A stretch of 63,872 nt of DNA, the filler included, from Welwitschia mirabilis (lineage: Eukaryota): NCBI GenBank assembly GCA_051453625.1. It is 7 parts of one record of this genome, joined end to end, with 100 filler letters (N's around TTAATTAATTAA, not from the genome) between each part and the next. Parts side by side here need not be neighbours in the genome. Positions count along the whole stretch, not along the records: positions 1 to 11,495 come from JBOZIK010000001.1; positions 11,596 to 30,317 come from JBOZIK010000001.1; 5 more parts are not named here. One strand, 5' to 3'. Below are positions 1-12,542 of this stretch, piece by piece. Below the pieces are notes generated by a model, which was given only the letters and a program-made list of their open reading frames with translations, made no database searches and had not been told where the DNA came from. Position numbers and translations under genes: made by a program. Each line of letters opens with the position of its first letter. Position 1 is the first letter of the stretch.

Positions 1-301
1 AGTTCACCACTCTTTTAAAATCTTCAGGGCCTATGGCACAGAAGATAGCATTAAGGCCTTTGAAATTCCATGTTGCTACTTGTTTCTTGTCTGGTGTCCA
101 TTTATCCCTGCTCTTTGGAGTTGCTAGTTTGATAACCGAATCCTGCACAGTAGGAGAACAATATCCATTAACAATAGACTCCTAAATTTCTAGATCAATG
201 GATTGAATAAAGACTCTCATTTTTGCTTTCCAATAACTATAATTTGTTCCATCAAAGAAGGGAGGTCTGGTAACAGAATTTCCTTCAATGGATTAACTCA
301 T
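1..301 (-). pseudogene. gag: Copia gag N-terminus, with stop codons
   Basis: RPPFFDGTNYSYWKAKMRVFIQS...WNFKGLNAIFCAIGPEDFKRV is a typical SIRE gag start; in-frame stops are present. Confidence 0.88.
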
Positions 302-353
302 TTTTCTAGGGATAAGAGGAGCAGAGATCTATTAGGATCTATTACTCAATCTT

Positions 354-365
354 GCTTTGATACCA
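354..365 (-). promoter_or_regulatory. Primer-binding site (tRNA-iMet type)
   Basis: TGGTATCAAAGC lies 2 nt inside the LTR end and has one mismatch to the canonical TGGTATCAGAGC. Confidence 0.88.
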
Positions 366-367
366 AT

Positions 368-1807
368 TGAAAAATGTGGATCGACCCTAGAGGGAAGTGA
401 ATAGGTCCATTTTGAATTTCTGTCTCCTTGTTGTTCAATAATCTACAAAAACCAATACATAAAAATATACTAAAACAAGGTATATACTGGTGAATAGACA
501 CTACCCTTCAGCCTTGTAGACTCCTTGTCCTAACTGGCATATATTAGCTTAATTGATTGGTTTTCAATCTCACCAAATAACCTTTCACAACCATAGAGGA
601 TTTTGTGGCTTATCCTCAACCAAGAATAAATGAAAGTGAGATGGATGCACAAATGCACAGATGTGATCCCTAAAGCATAAATATCTTCTTTGCAATGTGG
701 TATAATAATGCAAGTATAACAGAAATCTGAATTTTTTCAGAATAGTTTAGATAAGCACGTACATCAATTCTAGTTCAATTTCTGATTCTACAATCATCGG
801 GTTGTTTTCTTATGTTTATAGGAAGGCTATTATAATAGAGAGAAATCATGTAACTGTTTAGACATAAGGATAGAAACCGTTGTAATGTTCTAAATAACCA
901 TTACACTTTTTAGATGAACTATTGTGTTCACAATGGATACAATTTTCTGTCGTAAGGTCGACCATCCACTGTACTCGGTCCACTGTAATTGTGGTCGCCT
1001 GTATTTTATCTTCTGGTCGTCCTATATTCTCGTAGATTTTTTCAGTACAAGATGCGATGCAGGATCGATCTCCCTTGTGAAAATACCTGGTTGCCCTTAA
1101 CTAGGTTGCCCATATAGTTATGGTAGGTCACTCGTAATGCTGTTAGTAGAACTCTTGCTGCATGTCATAGGGTCACTCATCTAGATATCTTTGGTCACCC
1201 ATATTTCTATCTAGATGGGGCTTACTGCATGTTATGAGGTTGTCGTTGTTAACATTTGTAGTCGCCCGTGTTTCTAGTAGGTTAGAGTATACTGCAAGTC
1301 ATATGGTCATCCATGTGAATAAGCTCGGTCGCCCTTAGAAATAGAAGATTGTATCAGTCTGAGTGAAGTGCGGTCGCCCTTATGATTAAGCTCGATCTCC
1401 CTTATGGATAGCAGATTGTCTCAGTCCGAGTGAAGTGCGGTCACCCTTATGATTAAGCTTGGTTGCCCTTATGAATAGCAGATTATCTCAGTCTGAGTGA
1501 AGTACGGTCGCCCTTATGATTAAGCTCCGTCACTCTTATAGATAGTAGATGTCTTAGTTTGAGTGAAATGTGATCACCCTTATAAATATGGCAGTCACCC
1601 TTGGTTTAACCGGTGTTCTTTATGTTGTCAGTGTTCAGTTGCTCGGAACATAATGTGCTATCGCCCGACTCTGATTTAGTATTAACAGTTCTTAAACATT
1701 TGATCACCTGATATTAACCATCTGTTGGCCGAGTCTGGAGAATACTTGCACATAAGACTTTCTTATAGAAACTCGTTAATGTAATCAATGACAATGAGTT
1801 CTCAACA
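368..1807 (-). repeat. Family A 5' LTR (~1.44 kb) with an internal ~61-bp tandem array (~1320-1585)
   Basis: TG...CA termini; C-rich CCTATTCACTTCCCTCTAG near the 3' end; about 4 copies of the unit CGGTCGCCCTTATGATTAAGCTCGGTCGCCCTTA...CAGTCTGAGTGAAGTG. Confidence 0.9.
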
Positions 1808-3544
1808 TTAAAAATAATATTTTTAGAATTTCAAAATAGTTCAAGTTATATTCTGATAATACTATTATGCATCTAGTTTTTGAAAAATTACTATAATTTA
1901 TTTTTTACTTCATAATTAATTAGTTATTATTTTTTAACTGTGATGTCTCCTTGGAGCTCAAAAAATGTTAACATTTAAAATTATAGAAAAATAGGAAAAT
2001 TGAATATATAAAATATGTTTCTATTAGTCAATTTAAGTTATATTACCTATTAGTGATATTTATTTGTAGAAATACCTCTTTANNNNNNNNNNNNNNNNNN
2101 NNNNNNNNNNNNNNNNNNNNNNNNNNNNNNNNNNNNNNNNNNNNNNNNNNNNNNNNNNNNNNNNNNNNNNNNNNNNNNNNNNNNNNNNNNNNNNNNNNNN
2201 NNNNNNNNNNNNNNNNNNNNNNNNNNNNNNNNNNNNNNNNNNNNNNNNNNNNNNNNNNNNNNNNNNNNNNNNNNNNNNNNNNNNNNNNNNNNNNNNNNNN
2301 NNNNNNNNNNNNNNNNNNNNNNNNNNNNNNNNNNNNNNNNNNNNNNNNNNNNNNNNNNNNNNNNNNNNNNNNNNNNNNNNNNNNNNNNNNNNNNNNNNNN
2401 NNNNNNNNNNNNNNNNNNNNNNNNNNNNNNNNNNNNNNNNNNNNNNNNNNNNNNNNNNNNNNNNNNNNNNNNNNNNNNNNNNNNNNNNNNNNNNNNNNNA
2501 TATAAAATATGTTTCTATTAGTCAATTTAAGTTATATTACCTATTAGTGATATTTATTTGTAGAAATACCTCTTTATCCTTTTTTTAAAGCTTACTTTAA
2601 ATGTACAAGTGAGAGTTTTCACCTTAGTAGTTTAAGCAACATAAGTAGCCTCTAGCTTATCTTTTTTCTATTAACTTATAATGTAGCCATATGAAAATAG
2701 GATAAAAATTTATATCTTAACAATTATGTTTGAACTATACTTTCTTTGTTTACCTTCTTTACACTAATCCATTAATATTTTCATATGAGCATGGAAGAAT
2801 GTTTCTAAGATTGACATAGCTCCAGGTATGTTTTAGTTTCTTTAAGAATATTATTAAGATGTTATTTAATACATTTTTAATATTTTTATTATTATTAAAA
2901 AATAAAATAATATTTTTTAATCTAGATAGAAAATAAAATAATATTTCCTTTATCTAGATTTTTATTATTCTAATCTTGAAAAAAGAAATGTTCTTATATA
3001 CTTACTTTCTTGTTATGATTGTTTCTATAAAAATGAAAAAATTGATGATTAGAATTATTATAATTAGGTAAATAATTTATTAAATATTCATATTAGTTAG
3101 AATTATTTACATGTATTTGTGTGGCATATTCATCAAACAGGACTAAATCAAGATAATTATAAGAATATTCATCCTTACACTTGGATTTCATCACTAAGAT
3201 GGATTACATTGCATTCTTTTTATAGTACCCTTATAGAAGTGGATTCATTACTCTCATGCCTTACCTATGTATGAACTTATTTTGACTTAATATCTTGAGC
3301 CCTTAGCATCAATGAGTCATGTTGCATGATCCAAAGATGCTTCAAGAAATCGAGAATCATTTGTAAGCATGCATCCACTTAACGTACTACACACCACTTC
3401 TATAAGAGGTATATCGAGATGAAGTAAAAGCCTACGAAGTTAAGCCTAATAATATTTGTATAGTTTAGATTCTAAAGTGGAATAAACTCATGTCCAAAGG
3501 ATGGCCATATATCAAGTTGGATTAACATTAATTGGAGTTGCAAC

Positions 3545-4927
3545 TATAGGATCAAAGACCCTAGAGGGGTGATGAATAGGATTCTAAAAATTTATTTAAT
3601 CATTTTTAAAATAAAAATACTTTACTTGAAAATGAATCACTAAAAACTTGTGCATAAAAACTAAAATTATTTTTAAAAAATAAAATTAATAAAAAGCATA
3701 GAAATACCAATCAGAAGCACATAATATTTATAGTGATTTGGGAAAACCCCGTACTCCTATCTTTGTGATCAGCTTGTTATCAAGCCTGATCCAGATCTCT
3801 GTTAATCTCTTCTAGGTATAGTAGGTTCCTCTATAACCTTTACAAATAGACTTTTTTTAAAGGCTTAATCTCATCCTTATGCAAGAAAGCATAGTAGTGA
3901 TGACAGTACATCCATATGTATAGGTATCACTTAATCTTTGGCTCAATGAAAGTATTGAAGCATTTCATCTGAAGATTAAAAACAAAAAAGTGCTATAGAT
4001 CTAACCTCATATGTAAAGATACCATAATTATTGGTTCATCTTTGGTCAAAAGTATAATGCCAAATGAGTATAATGATAAATCCACCAGATTCAAAATTTT
4101 GGTAGAAAGTGTAATAGTGATTTGACTCTTAGCTATATATATTAAAAAACTTTTAGGATTTTTATAAGGGAAAAATCTCTTCTCATGGCCATAAGATGGC
4201 TACATAACAGCTATAAAATTTCTGTTTTCATCATGGCTAGTTGACCCCTTAGACATCTAGTCGATCCCTCCTAGTACCATTGCTTGAATAGATTGCTCTT
4301 GTATTTGTTTTAATTGATCTAGTTTCTTATGGATTCATGTCCAGTCGACCCCTCAGGGTCTAGTTGACTGCTCATCCAATCACCTGCATATCTATCCAGT
4401 CACTTAGTCTTAATAAATCCATCATAGTTTTTCTACTATAGATCCAGTTGTTCTATTAGGAATCTAGTTGACCCTTTACTAATCAACTATGAAGTATTGA
4501 TGCTTAATTCTTAGGTCCCATAAACCCCTTGGGTGTTTGATTAATCCCTTGATGATTGACTAGGAAGCACTAAGTAAATAATGTTCAGGTCCAGTCAATC
4601 CCTTAGAAGTCCAGTCAATCCCTTAATGATTAGTTTAAGAGTACTGGCTCTTAGGTTCATAGGTCCAGTTGATTCCTCATATGTTTAGTTGATCCCTCTA
4701 AATTTGGTTCATTTCTGAGTATTCGCTTCAGGTGCAATCGACCCCTTAGAAGTCTGGTCAACCCCTCAAGAGGGTAACAAAACTTAATAGGATTTAGGAT
4801 CAAAATATGATAAACATTGCTTCAGCTTCTGACCTACAAGTAATCAATATTTTCTATAAAAGATACAACAAATTTCCCTATATAGAAAACATTAGTTTAA
4901 TATCAATTAGTAGATAATAATTTAATA
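3545..4927 (-). repeat. Family B 3' LTR
   Basis: Colinear with 12543-13931; terminal CA mutated to TA; many degenerate GTCGACCCC palindromic motifs at 4240-4770. Confidence 0.88.
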
Positions 4928-5580
4928 ATATCCCTCTTTGACATTAATGGAAAACTTTTTCTTAGCGAAAGAGATTAGATTTAAAAAAACTTCCTTTTAT
5001 AAAATTCTTATTAACTTTTGCAAAAATATTTAACCTTTTATATTAAGTTAGACATTTTAATAATTCCTCAAATTGTGCCAAAATTTAAAGATAATTTTAA
5101 GTGCCAAAATATATATGATAGACAACATTTTAATCATGAATTATTAAATAATCATAAGATATACCAGAAATTTTAATTCATATTAAAAATAGATGTGCAC
5201 TAAAAAATTTGTGATAGAAATTATAGATCATAAAAACAAGTGCATTTCTATTACTGAAGGATGAACATTATAATGAAAAGTGCTCATTAAGAGTAGATAC
5301 ATCTGAAAGCATCATAAACAACTAATTCTCCTCCTTTTGATATCAATGACAAAGGAGAGAATAAACACAAGCATGAAAGAAAATCATNNNNNNNNNNNNN
5401 NNNNNNNNNNNNNNNNNNNNNNNNNNNNNNNNNNNNNNNNNNNNNNNNNNNNNNNNNNNNNNNNNNNNNNNNNNNNNNNNNNNNNNNATCATAAACAACT
5501 AATTCTCCTCCTTTTGATATCAATGACAAAGGAGAGAATAAACACAAGCATGAAAGAAAATCATGAGCATAAAAAGAAAT

Positions 5581-6635
5581 CTAGTCAAACTCCTTGTCTT
5601 CCTCCTCTTCTGATTCTTCTTCATAATCTTCTTCTTCTTCCTCTTCCTCTTCTTTGGCTACTTTCCACAATGAGCTTTTGACTTTCTCTAAAGTATTAAT
5701 AATCTCATACCTACCTGCAATTAGAGCTTCTTTCATGTGCCTAGTATGAGAGTCAATCCACCTTAGGTATGAAATAGTCTCTTCTAGGAAGGCTTTCATG
5801 AGAGAAGGGGACTTAGAGGACTTCTTGGAACTAATAAAGATATGCATGCAAGTCAACATTACATACCTAATGGATGACATGGGTTGAAGGATTTCAAGCT
5901 TCAGGTGAAAAGTAACTTGATAATAATAGCACATATTTGCAATCAACACAAATTAGTATAAAGCCCTAGTTCTATAATACTCTAATTAAGAAATCATACT
6001 CTTTAATATAATGGTAGGGGAATCAATGAAATTCCTAGTTCCTACCAAGTACATCAAATGGACCCTATAGTTGGAGTCCTTATCACGATGACCCACCAAA
6101 GGCACGAAATTATAGGTAAAAACTAAGTGAAAAAACCTAAACTTTGAAATAAGTAAAGAAGTAGAAATAGTGTACTTCTAGATAGGGAACTTATTACAAT
6201 CTCCCTTGTGACTTTTAATTTATCTTTCATGGAGTCACAAAGAGGTTAAAAATCCTCATAATCTTCTCTTGGAAGATTATTAATAGTCATAATAAAGTTT
6301 GTAGTCACTTTTATCCTTTCCCCCGAAATAAGCATTTTAAGGGTTCCAGTGTTAACATTATAAGAAGCATTAATATAAAACATCCTAGTAAGAAAATGGT
6401 AAGCAAAACCTAAAACATCAAGAAAATAAGATATATCTAGATCTTATAAGAGTTAGATTACATCTTTGAGCTCCCTAAGCTTTGAAGTAGCAACAGATAT
6501 TTCCTGATACATAGGTTTCTTCTCAAACTTCTCAATAAACTTGTTCAAAGCATCTTTAGATATTTTATAATAGAAATAAGATGCTTATCTATTGAAAACC
6601 TTATTTATTCTTCTCTTAAAGTGTTCCTCAGCCAT
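5581..6635 (-). pseudogene. Sirevirus env-like extra ORF (type 1), decayed, with acidic C-terminal tail
   Basis: Lies between pol and the PPT. Motifs AYHFLTRMFYINASY and FLHLVFTYNFVPLVGHRDKDSNYRVHLMYLV; C-terminus KEEEEEEEEDYEEESEEEEDKEFD; homologous to 31860-32900. Confidence 0.75.
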
Positions 6636-6959
6636 TGCAACCACTTGACAGAAGCTTAAAGACAAGAGAAATCTAAGAAAAACACTAGATCTGAAAGAGA
6701 TAGGTGGTTAGAAAATAATGAAAATGTTTTGGAATCTACTTGCTTTTAAAAAAATGGTTGATTAAGTTAATTTTGATAAAAAAAATTAGATCCATCAATG
6801 ATACTTTCACACTGTAAACCTATAAGTCTGGTCAACTGGTTTGAGTTCGAGTAAACCCGTCAAGATGTGGATTTATAATACTATTAGCTTTTAGGCTAGT
6901 CGACCAACCACCTTTAGTTAACTAAATCATAGATCAGGTCAATCATCCTATGATTAACC

Positions 6960-7590
6960 ATAGGATGATGATACAATCCCCAATTTGTTCTAAAGATGAA
7001 GAAAATTATTAAAGTTTAAAATTTTCATAAAAATATCTACTAGTTAACAATCTGTACTAACAAAATTCATAGTAATGTTTATGTCTTAGTTTAATATTTT
7101 TAGCTCTAAAGTTCTAAATAGGAATTTTAAAAATATTTATAGTACTAGTTTTATCATGAAAAATAGGAATTTATTCAAAATTTATACCAAAGTTCTTTAG
7201 CATTTTCTTTTTCCAACGGAGATGAGCACAACAACTCCCTACTACAATATCCTCGGCTTCTATCGAGAGAGTTTAAATTTTTCTTTTTCCTTATTCATCC
7301 TACTAAGCATGATCCTAATAGAAAATAATTACCGCTTGTACTCTTTTTATTATCCTTACAACTAGCCTAATCTACATTACTAAAACCTGCAAGCTCAAAG
7401 GATGTTTTCATAGGATGTCACAAACCATAATCATATGTGAGTTTTACATATCTAATTATTCCTTTTACTTCTTGTAAGTGTGATTTTTCTAGTTGGATTT
7501 TGTATCTTACACACACACCAACACTAAACATGATATCAAATCTACTTGCAGTCAAATATAATAAACTTCTAATCATACTCCTATAAAGTT
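6960..7590 (-). pseudogene. pol: Copia RT C-terminus and RNase H (type 1 segment)
   Basis: LYRSMIRSLLYLTASRFDIMFSVGVCVRY...HLQEVKGIIRYVK, followed by remnants of the copia RNase H motifs. Confidence 0.88.
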
Positions 7591-7690
7591 NNNNNNNNNN
7601 NNNNNNNNNNNNNNNNNNNNNNNNNNNNNNNNNNNNNNNNNNNNNNNNNNNNNNNNNNNNNNNNNNNNNNNNNNNNNNNNNNNNNNNNNN

Positions 7691-8227
7691 CAAAGGTAAG
7701 AAATTATAGGTAAAAACTAAGTGAAGAAACCTGTACTTTGGGATAAGCAAAGAAGTAGAAATAGTATTCTTCCAGCTATGGAACTTATCACAAAGCTTCC
7801 TTATGACTGGTTTTTCTTCCATGGAGTCAAAAAGAGGCCAAAACTCCTCATAGTCTCCTTTTGGAAGATCAGTAATAGCCACAATAAAGTTTATAGTCAC
7901 TTTCATCTTATTCCTTAAAACTAGGGTTTCTATGATACCAGAGTCAAGATCATAAGAAGCATTATAATAAAACATCCTAGTAAGAAAAGGGTAAGCAGAA
8001 CCTAAAACAGTAAGAAAATAAAATAGATTTAGATCTCTCAAGAGTTAGATCACATCTTGGAGCTCCTTAAGCTCTGAAATAGCAATAGATATTTCCTAGC
8101 ACACTGGCTTCTTCTGAAACTTCTCAGTGAACTTGTACAAAGAATATTCAGACATTCCCTAGTGGAAATAATAAGGATCTCTGCTGGTAACCTCATTTGA
8201 CCTTTTCTTGAAGGGTCCATTAGTCAT
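7691..8227 (-). pseudogene. Second, diverged env-like ORF (type 2), 5' part
   Basis: LGSAYPFLTRMFYYNASYDLDSG...EEFWPLFDSMEEKPVIRKLC...RFLHLVFTYNFLP; paralogous to 6105-6635. Confidence 0.78.
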
Positions 8228-8489
8228 TGCAACCACTTTGTAGGAGCTTGAAGACAATAAAAGTCAAAGAAAAACACTAGATCTGAAAGAGACAGACAAT
8301 GAAAGGATTTGGGCTCTACTTGCTTTTAAAGAAAAATCTGATTAGGTTGATTTTGATAAAGAAATCGGGTCTACCAATGAAACTTCTACACTATAACCCT
8401 ACAAGTCTAGTTGATCGGGCTTTTATGCTAATCGATCAACCACCTCCAGTCAACCGAATCATAGATCCAATCGACGACCGTGCACTCAG

Positions 8490-11400
8490 CTAGAGGACAA
8501 TGAGATAACCCCCAGTTCATTCTGAAGATGAATAAAATTATCAAAATTTAGAGGTTTGGTAAAGATATCTGCAATTTGATGATCTGTACTAAAAAAATTC
8601 ATATTAATGTTTCCTTTTTAAACTTGATTTCTTAAAAATGATGTCTTGGTTTAATGTGTTTAGTTCTTGAGTGCTGAACAGGATTTTTAGAAATATTTAT
8701 AATACTAGTATTATCACAAAAAATAGAAACTTGTTTAAAACTTATATCAAAGTCCTTTAGCATTTCCTTCATCTAAAGAAAATGCGCACAATAACTCCCT
8801 ACTGCAATATACTTGGCTTCCGCTGTTGAAAGAAAGATCAAAATTTTTTTTTTACTTGCCCATCCTACTAAGCATGATCCTAATAGAAAACAATTACCAC
8901 TTGTGCTTTTTTTATCGTCCTTATAACCAATCCAATCTGCATTACTAAAACCTGCAAGATCAAAGGTTGTCTCTATAGGATACCATAAACCATAATCACA
9001 TGTACCTTTTACATATCTAATTATTCTTTTTACTTCTTGTAAGTGTGATCCTTTTAGTTGGGTCTGATACCTTATACACACACTAATACTGAACATAATA
9101 TCTGGTCTACTTGCAATTAAATATAATAAACTTCTAATCATACTCCTATAAAGTTTCTGATCTACTAATTTTCCATTTTCATCTAGATTAACTTTACAAG
9201 ATGTTAAGAATTCTTCAATCCAAAGCATTTTATTAAATCTTTTACATATTTAGACTGAGAAATAAATATTCCCTTCTTTGTTTTCTTAATCTATAATCTA
9301 AGAAACATTTTCACTTCATTAAACATTTTCATTTCAAAATGTGTTATCATAATTATTATAAATTCTTTTGATAATCCTTCATGAAAGGCATCAAATATGA
9401 TATCATCCACATAATTTGTATAATGATAAAATCCTTTTTCAAATTATTTAATAAATAAAGTCTTATTTACTATTCCATGAATATAATCATTACCATTTAA
9501 AAAAGTGGCTAACTTTTCATATCAAGCTCTTGGAGCTTGTTTTAATTCATATAAAGATTTCTTAAGTTTATAAACATGTGAGGATTAATAAAACCTTCTA
9601 GTTTCTCTACATATACTTCTTCATTTAGATCTTCATTCAAAAAAGCACTTTTAACATTCATTTGATATACCTTGAAATTTTTAAAGGCTGTAAATGACAA
9701 AAACATTCTAATGCTATCAAGCCTTGCAACTAGAGCAAATGTTTGACCTACATCAACATCTTGTATTTGGTTGTAGCCTTGTGCTACTAATCTTTCTTTG
9801 TTTTTAATGATATTGTTTTTTTATCACATTTGTTCTTAAATATCTAGTTAGTCTCAATGACATTTTTGTCTTTTAGCCTTTCTACAAGCTTCTAAACATC
9901 ATTTCTCTTAAACTATTGTAATTCATCTTACATAGTCATCATCCATTCTTTATGAGATTTAACTTCTTCAAATTTATTAGGTTCTATTTGATAAACATAA
10001 CAAATGTGGGCACAGAAATTCTTCATAGAGCTCCTTGTCTTTATCTTTAAGCTAACTTCTCCAATAATAGACCCTTAAAGGTGATCTTTTAGCTCTTTAA
10101 ACTTTTTAGTTGTTACTTTATTTTTAAGAACTTCTTTTTTTTTTCAATAGATATTACTTCAGTTGTGGGGATTCTTGGAGATATGTCTTTCTCATCATTT
10201 GAATAAATAGGCCTTATGTCAACATCATCAATTTATATGTTTATTGATTCTTTTATAGTTAAAATTCTTTGGTTAAAAATACAATAAGCTGTACTTCTCA
10301 TTGAATATCCCAAAAATATAGCTTCATTAGACTTAGACTTAAATTTTCTTAGATGTTTTATATATTTTAGCACATAACATTTACTTTCAAAGACTTTAAA
10401 ATAAGAGACATTTGGTTGTCTTTCTTTTCATAACTCCTATAGCATTTTATTCATATCAGGACTAAGATAAACTCTATTAATAAGATAACATGCAGTGTTA
10501 ATAGACTTAGCCCAAAATGATTTTGAAAACTCATTATCATTTAACATAGCTCTTTCCATTTCTTAAAGGACTCAATTCATTCTTTTGGTAATACCATTTT
10601 GTTGTGGTATTATAGGGGCTGAAAATTGGTGATTAATTCCATTGTTAATGCAATATTTTTGAAAATAATAATTTTTGAATTCACCACTATGATTACTTCT
10701 TATTTTTTTTATGATGTATCCTTTCTAGTTTTGAATTTTCTTGCATATCTTAATCTAATATTTGTAAGTTTCAGATGTGTTTGAAATAAATGCAACTAAC
10801 CATAGTAAAACATTTACCTTCTAAACTTTGAGTTTGAGTAAAACCTACCAAGTTCATATAAATAAGTTCTTACAGCATAGTTGTGGAAACTTGGTTTTTA
10901 TTCTTATGTAAAGTTCTTATTTGTTTTCCCTTTTGACATGCATCATATAAACCATGTTTTTTAACATTTATTTTTGAAATACCTTTGACAATTTCTTTAT
11001 GAATAATCATTTTTAATTAATCATAATTAACATGACCTAAATGTTTATGCCAAAGCTCTTCTTAAGCAACATGAGAAAAATAACAAGGAGAAATTGATTG
11101 ATCTATGTTATAAACATTGTCTATTCTATTTACTTTAAGAATAACATCATTTATTTTGTCATGTAAAATTTCACATTTAAAGCTATCAAAAATGACCTTA
11201 CGACCTTTGTCACAAATTTGGCTAATACTAAGTAAATTATTCTTTAAACCATTTACATATAAAACTTTGTTTATTCTAAGTAAGTTACCTCAACTAATGC
11301 TTCTGATACCTTCAATTTTTGCTCTTCCATTGTTGCCAAAAGTAACTTCTTCTCCATCAAAGTCACTCAATTGTCTAAATCTCGATTTGTCTCCCATCTT

Positions 11401-11495
11401 ATGTCATGAGCACCCATTGTCCAAACACCAACTACTGCCATTTAAAATCTTAAAAGTTGTTTGAATTAAAAGACTTTTTAAATCATTAGCTTTCA
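8490..11495 (-). pseudogene. pol: Copia pol: protease, integrase, RT and RNase H, with many stops and frameshifts
   Basis: Protease region LDNGCS*HKMGD; integrase region with PQQNG; RT motifs LVAQGYNQ, YELKQAPRA, YVDDIIF; RNase H region FSNADWIGYKDDKKSTSG and LSTAEAKYIA. Confidence 0.92.
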
Positions 11496-11595
11496 NNNNN
11501 NNNNNNNNNNNNNNNNNNNNNNNNNNNNNNNNNNNNNNNTTAATTAATTAANNNNNNNNNNNNNNNNNNNNNNNNNNNNNNNNNNNNNNNNNNNN

Positions 11596-12477
11596 ATCAT
11601 GTGTCCATAGCCTTTGCATGCATAGCATTGGATCTCTTTTTCTTTTTCTTGATCCTTCCTATACTTTGAATGTCCTTTTCTTATACCTCTAATTGGCTCA
11701 CCTTCCTTATTTCTTTTATGTAAGAATTCATTGAATCTTCTTGCTAGGAAAGCGACTTCATCATCTAAGTCTTCATCTAATTTTTGTGATGTGTACTCTT
11801 CTTGCACACACTGCAAAGAAATACCTTTTTTCTTATCTTTATAAAATTTTAATTCATATGTTTGCAAATTACCTTGAAGCTCTTCTAGTGCCATTATGTT
11901 GATATTTTTTATTTCTTTGATTGCTATAACTTTTGATTCAAATCTCTTTGAAAGGGATCTTAGCACTTTTCGGACCACTTTTTCTTTATCCATCTTTCAC
12001 TTAGACTTGTCGTGGAATTGACGATGTTGGTAATTTTAGCAAATAACTCTTGTAAAGTTGCCTCCTCATCCATATGAATGTCTTTAAATTTTGAAATAAG
12101 CATTTGGAGTTTGGCTTACTTAATTATGGATGTCCCTTCATGTGTAACTTTAAGAATGCCTCCTTTGCATATTCACAATTTTCAATCCATTTGAATTCAT
12201 CTAAACAAAATATAGCATTAAGAGCATAGACGTATCTAGTAGTTTTGAATCTATTAGTGGTAGTCCATTAGTCTTGGTTTTTTGGAATTAAATTAGTATT
12301 ATCATTGCCATCAGTTTTTTCTACAGTAGCCACATTATATCCTTTGTAAATAACCTCTTCAATGTTGGCATCTAGGAATCAAAAAAAGATTTTCATTCTG
12401 AATTTTCAATAAGCATAATTTGATCCATTAAACATAAGTGAATGACTAGTGTAAAAACCATCAGTAGGATTACTCAT
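11596..12477 (-). pseudogene. gag: Copia gag (family B)
   Basis: MSNPTDG...FNGSNYAY*KFRMKIF; VRKVLRSLSKRFESKVIAIKE...LEELQGNLQTYE; zinc knuckle CYACKGYGH. Confidence 0.9.
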
Positions 12478-12542
12478 TTTGGGTTCTAGAGTCTAGACCT
12501 ATTAAAATATTAATATGGATTTGGTGTAGCTCTAATACCAAA

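Larger units (their letters stand above)
1..1807 (-). mobile_element. Ty1/copia Sirevirus-like LTR retrotransposon, family A copy 1 (5' LTR, PBS and gag start; runs off the window edge)
   Basis: On the minus strand the LTR starts TGTTGAGAAC (1807) and ends ...TTCA (368). It is followed by a tRNA-iMet-type PBS TGGTATCAAAGC and gag MS*SIEGNSVTRPPFFDGTNYSYWKAKMRVFIQSID. The LTR is homologous to 28875 and 33250. Confidence 0.92.

Noticed and set aside
1320..1585. Regularly spaced repeats resembling a CRISPR array (also 29045-29300, 33420-33670, 61729-61845)
   Set aside because: Whole units repeat with no unique spacers, they lie inside LTRs or transposons, and the context is eukaryotic with no cas genes.
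2043..2525. Long ORFs made of X residues (also 38084-38819, 40478-41410, 44816-45295, 47903-49033)
   Set aside because: These are artefacts of translating N runs.
2007..2575. Short direct repeats flanking gaps (2007-2082/2500-2575; 5311-5387/5488-5564; 61650-61893/61995-62240)
   Set aside because: Near-identical sequence on both sides of a gap is most simply unmerged contig overlap; the last pair has a few differences and remains uncertain.
5581..5660. Poly-Glu ORF as a host acidic protein
   Set aside because: It is the C-terminus of the retrotransposon env-like ORF, next to the PPT region.
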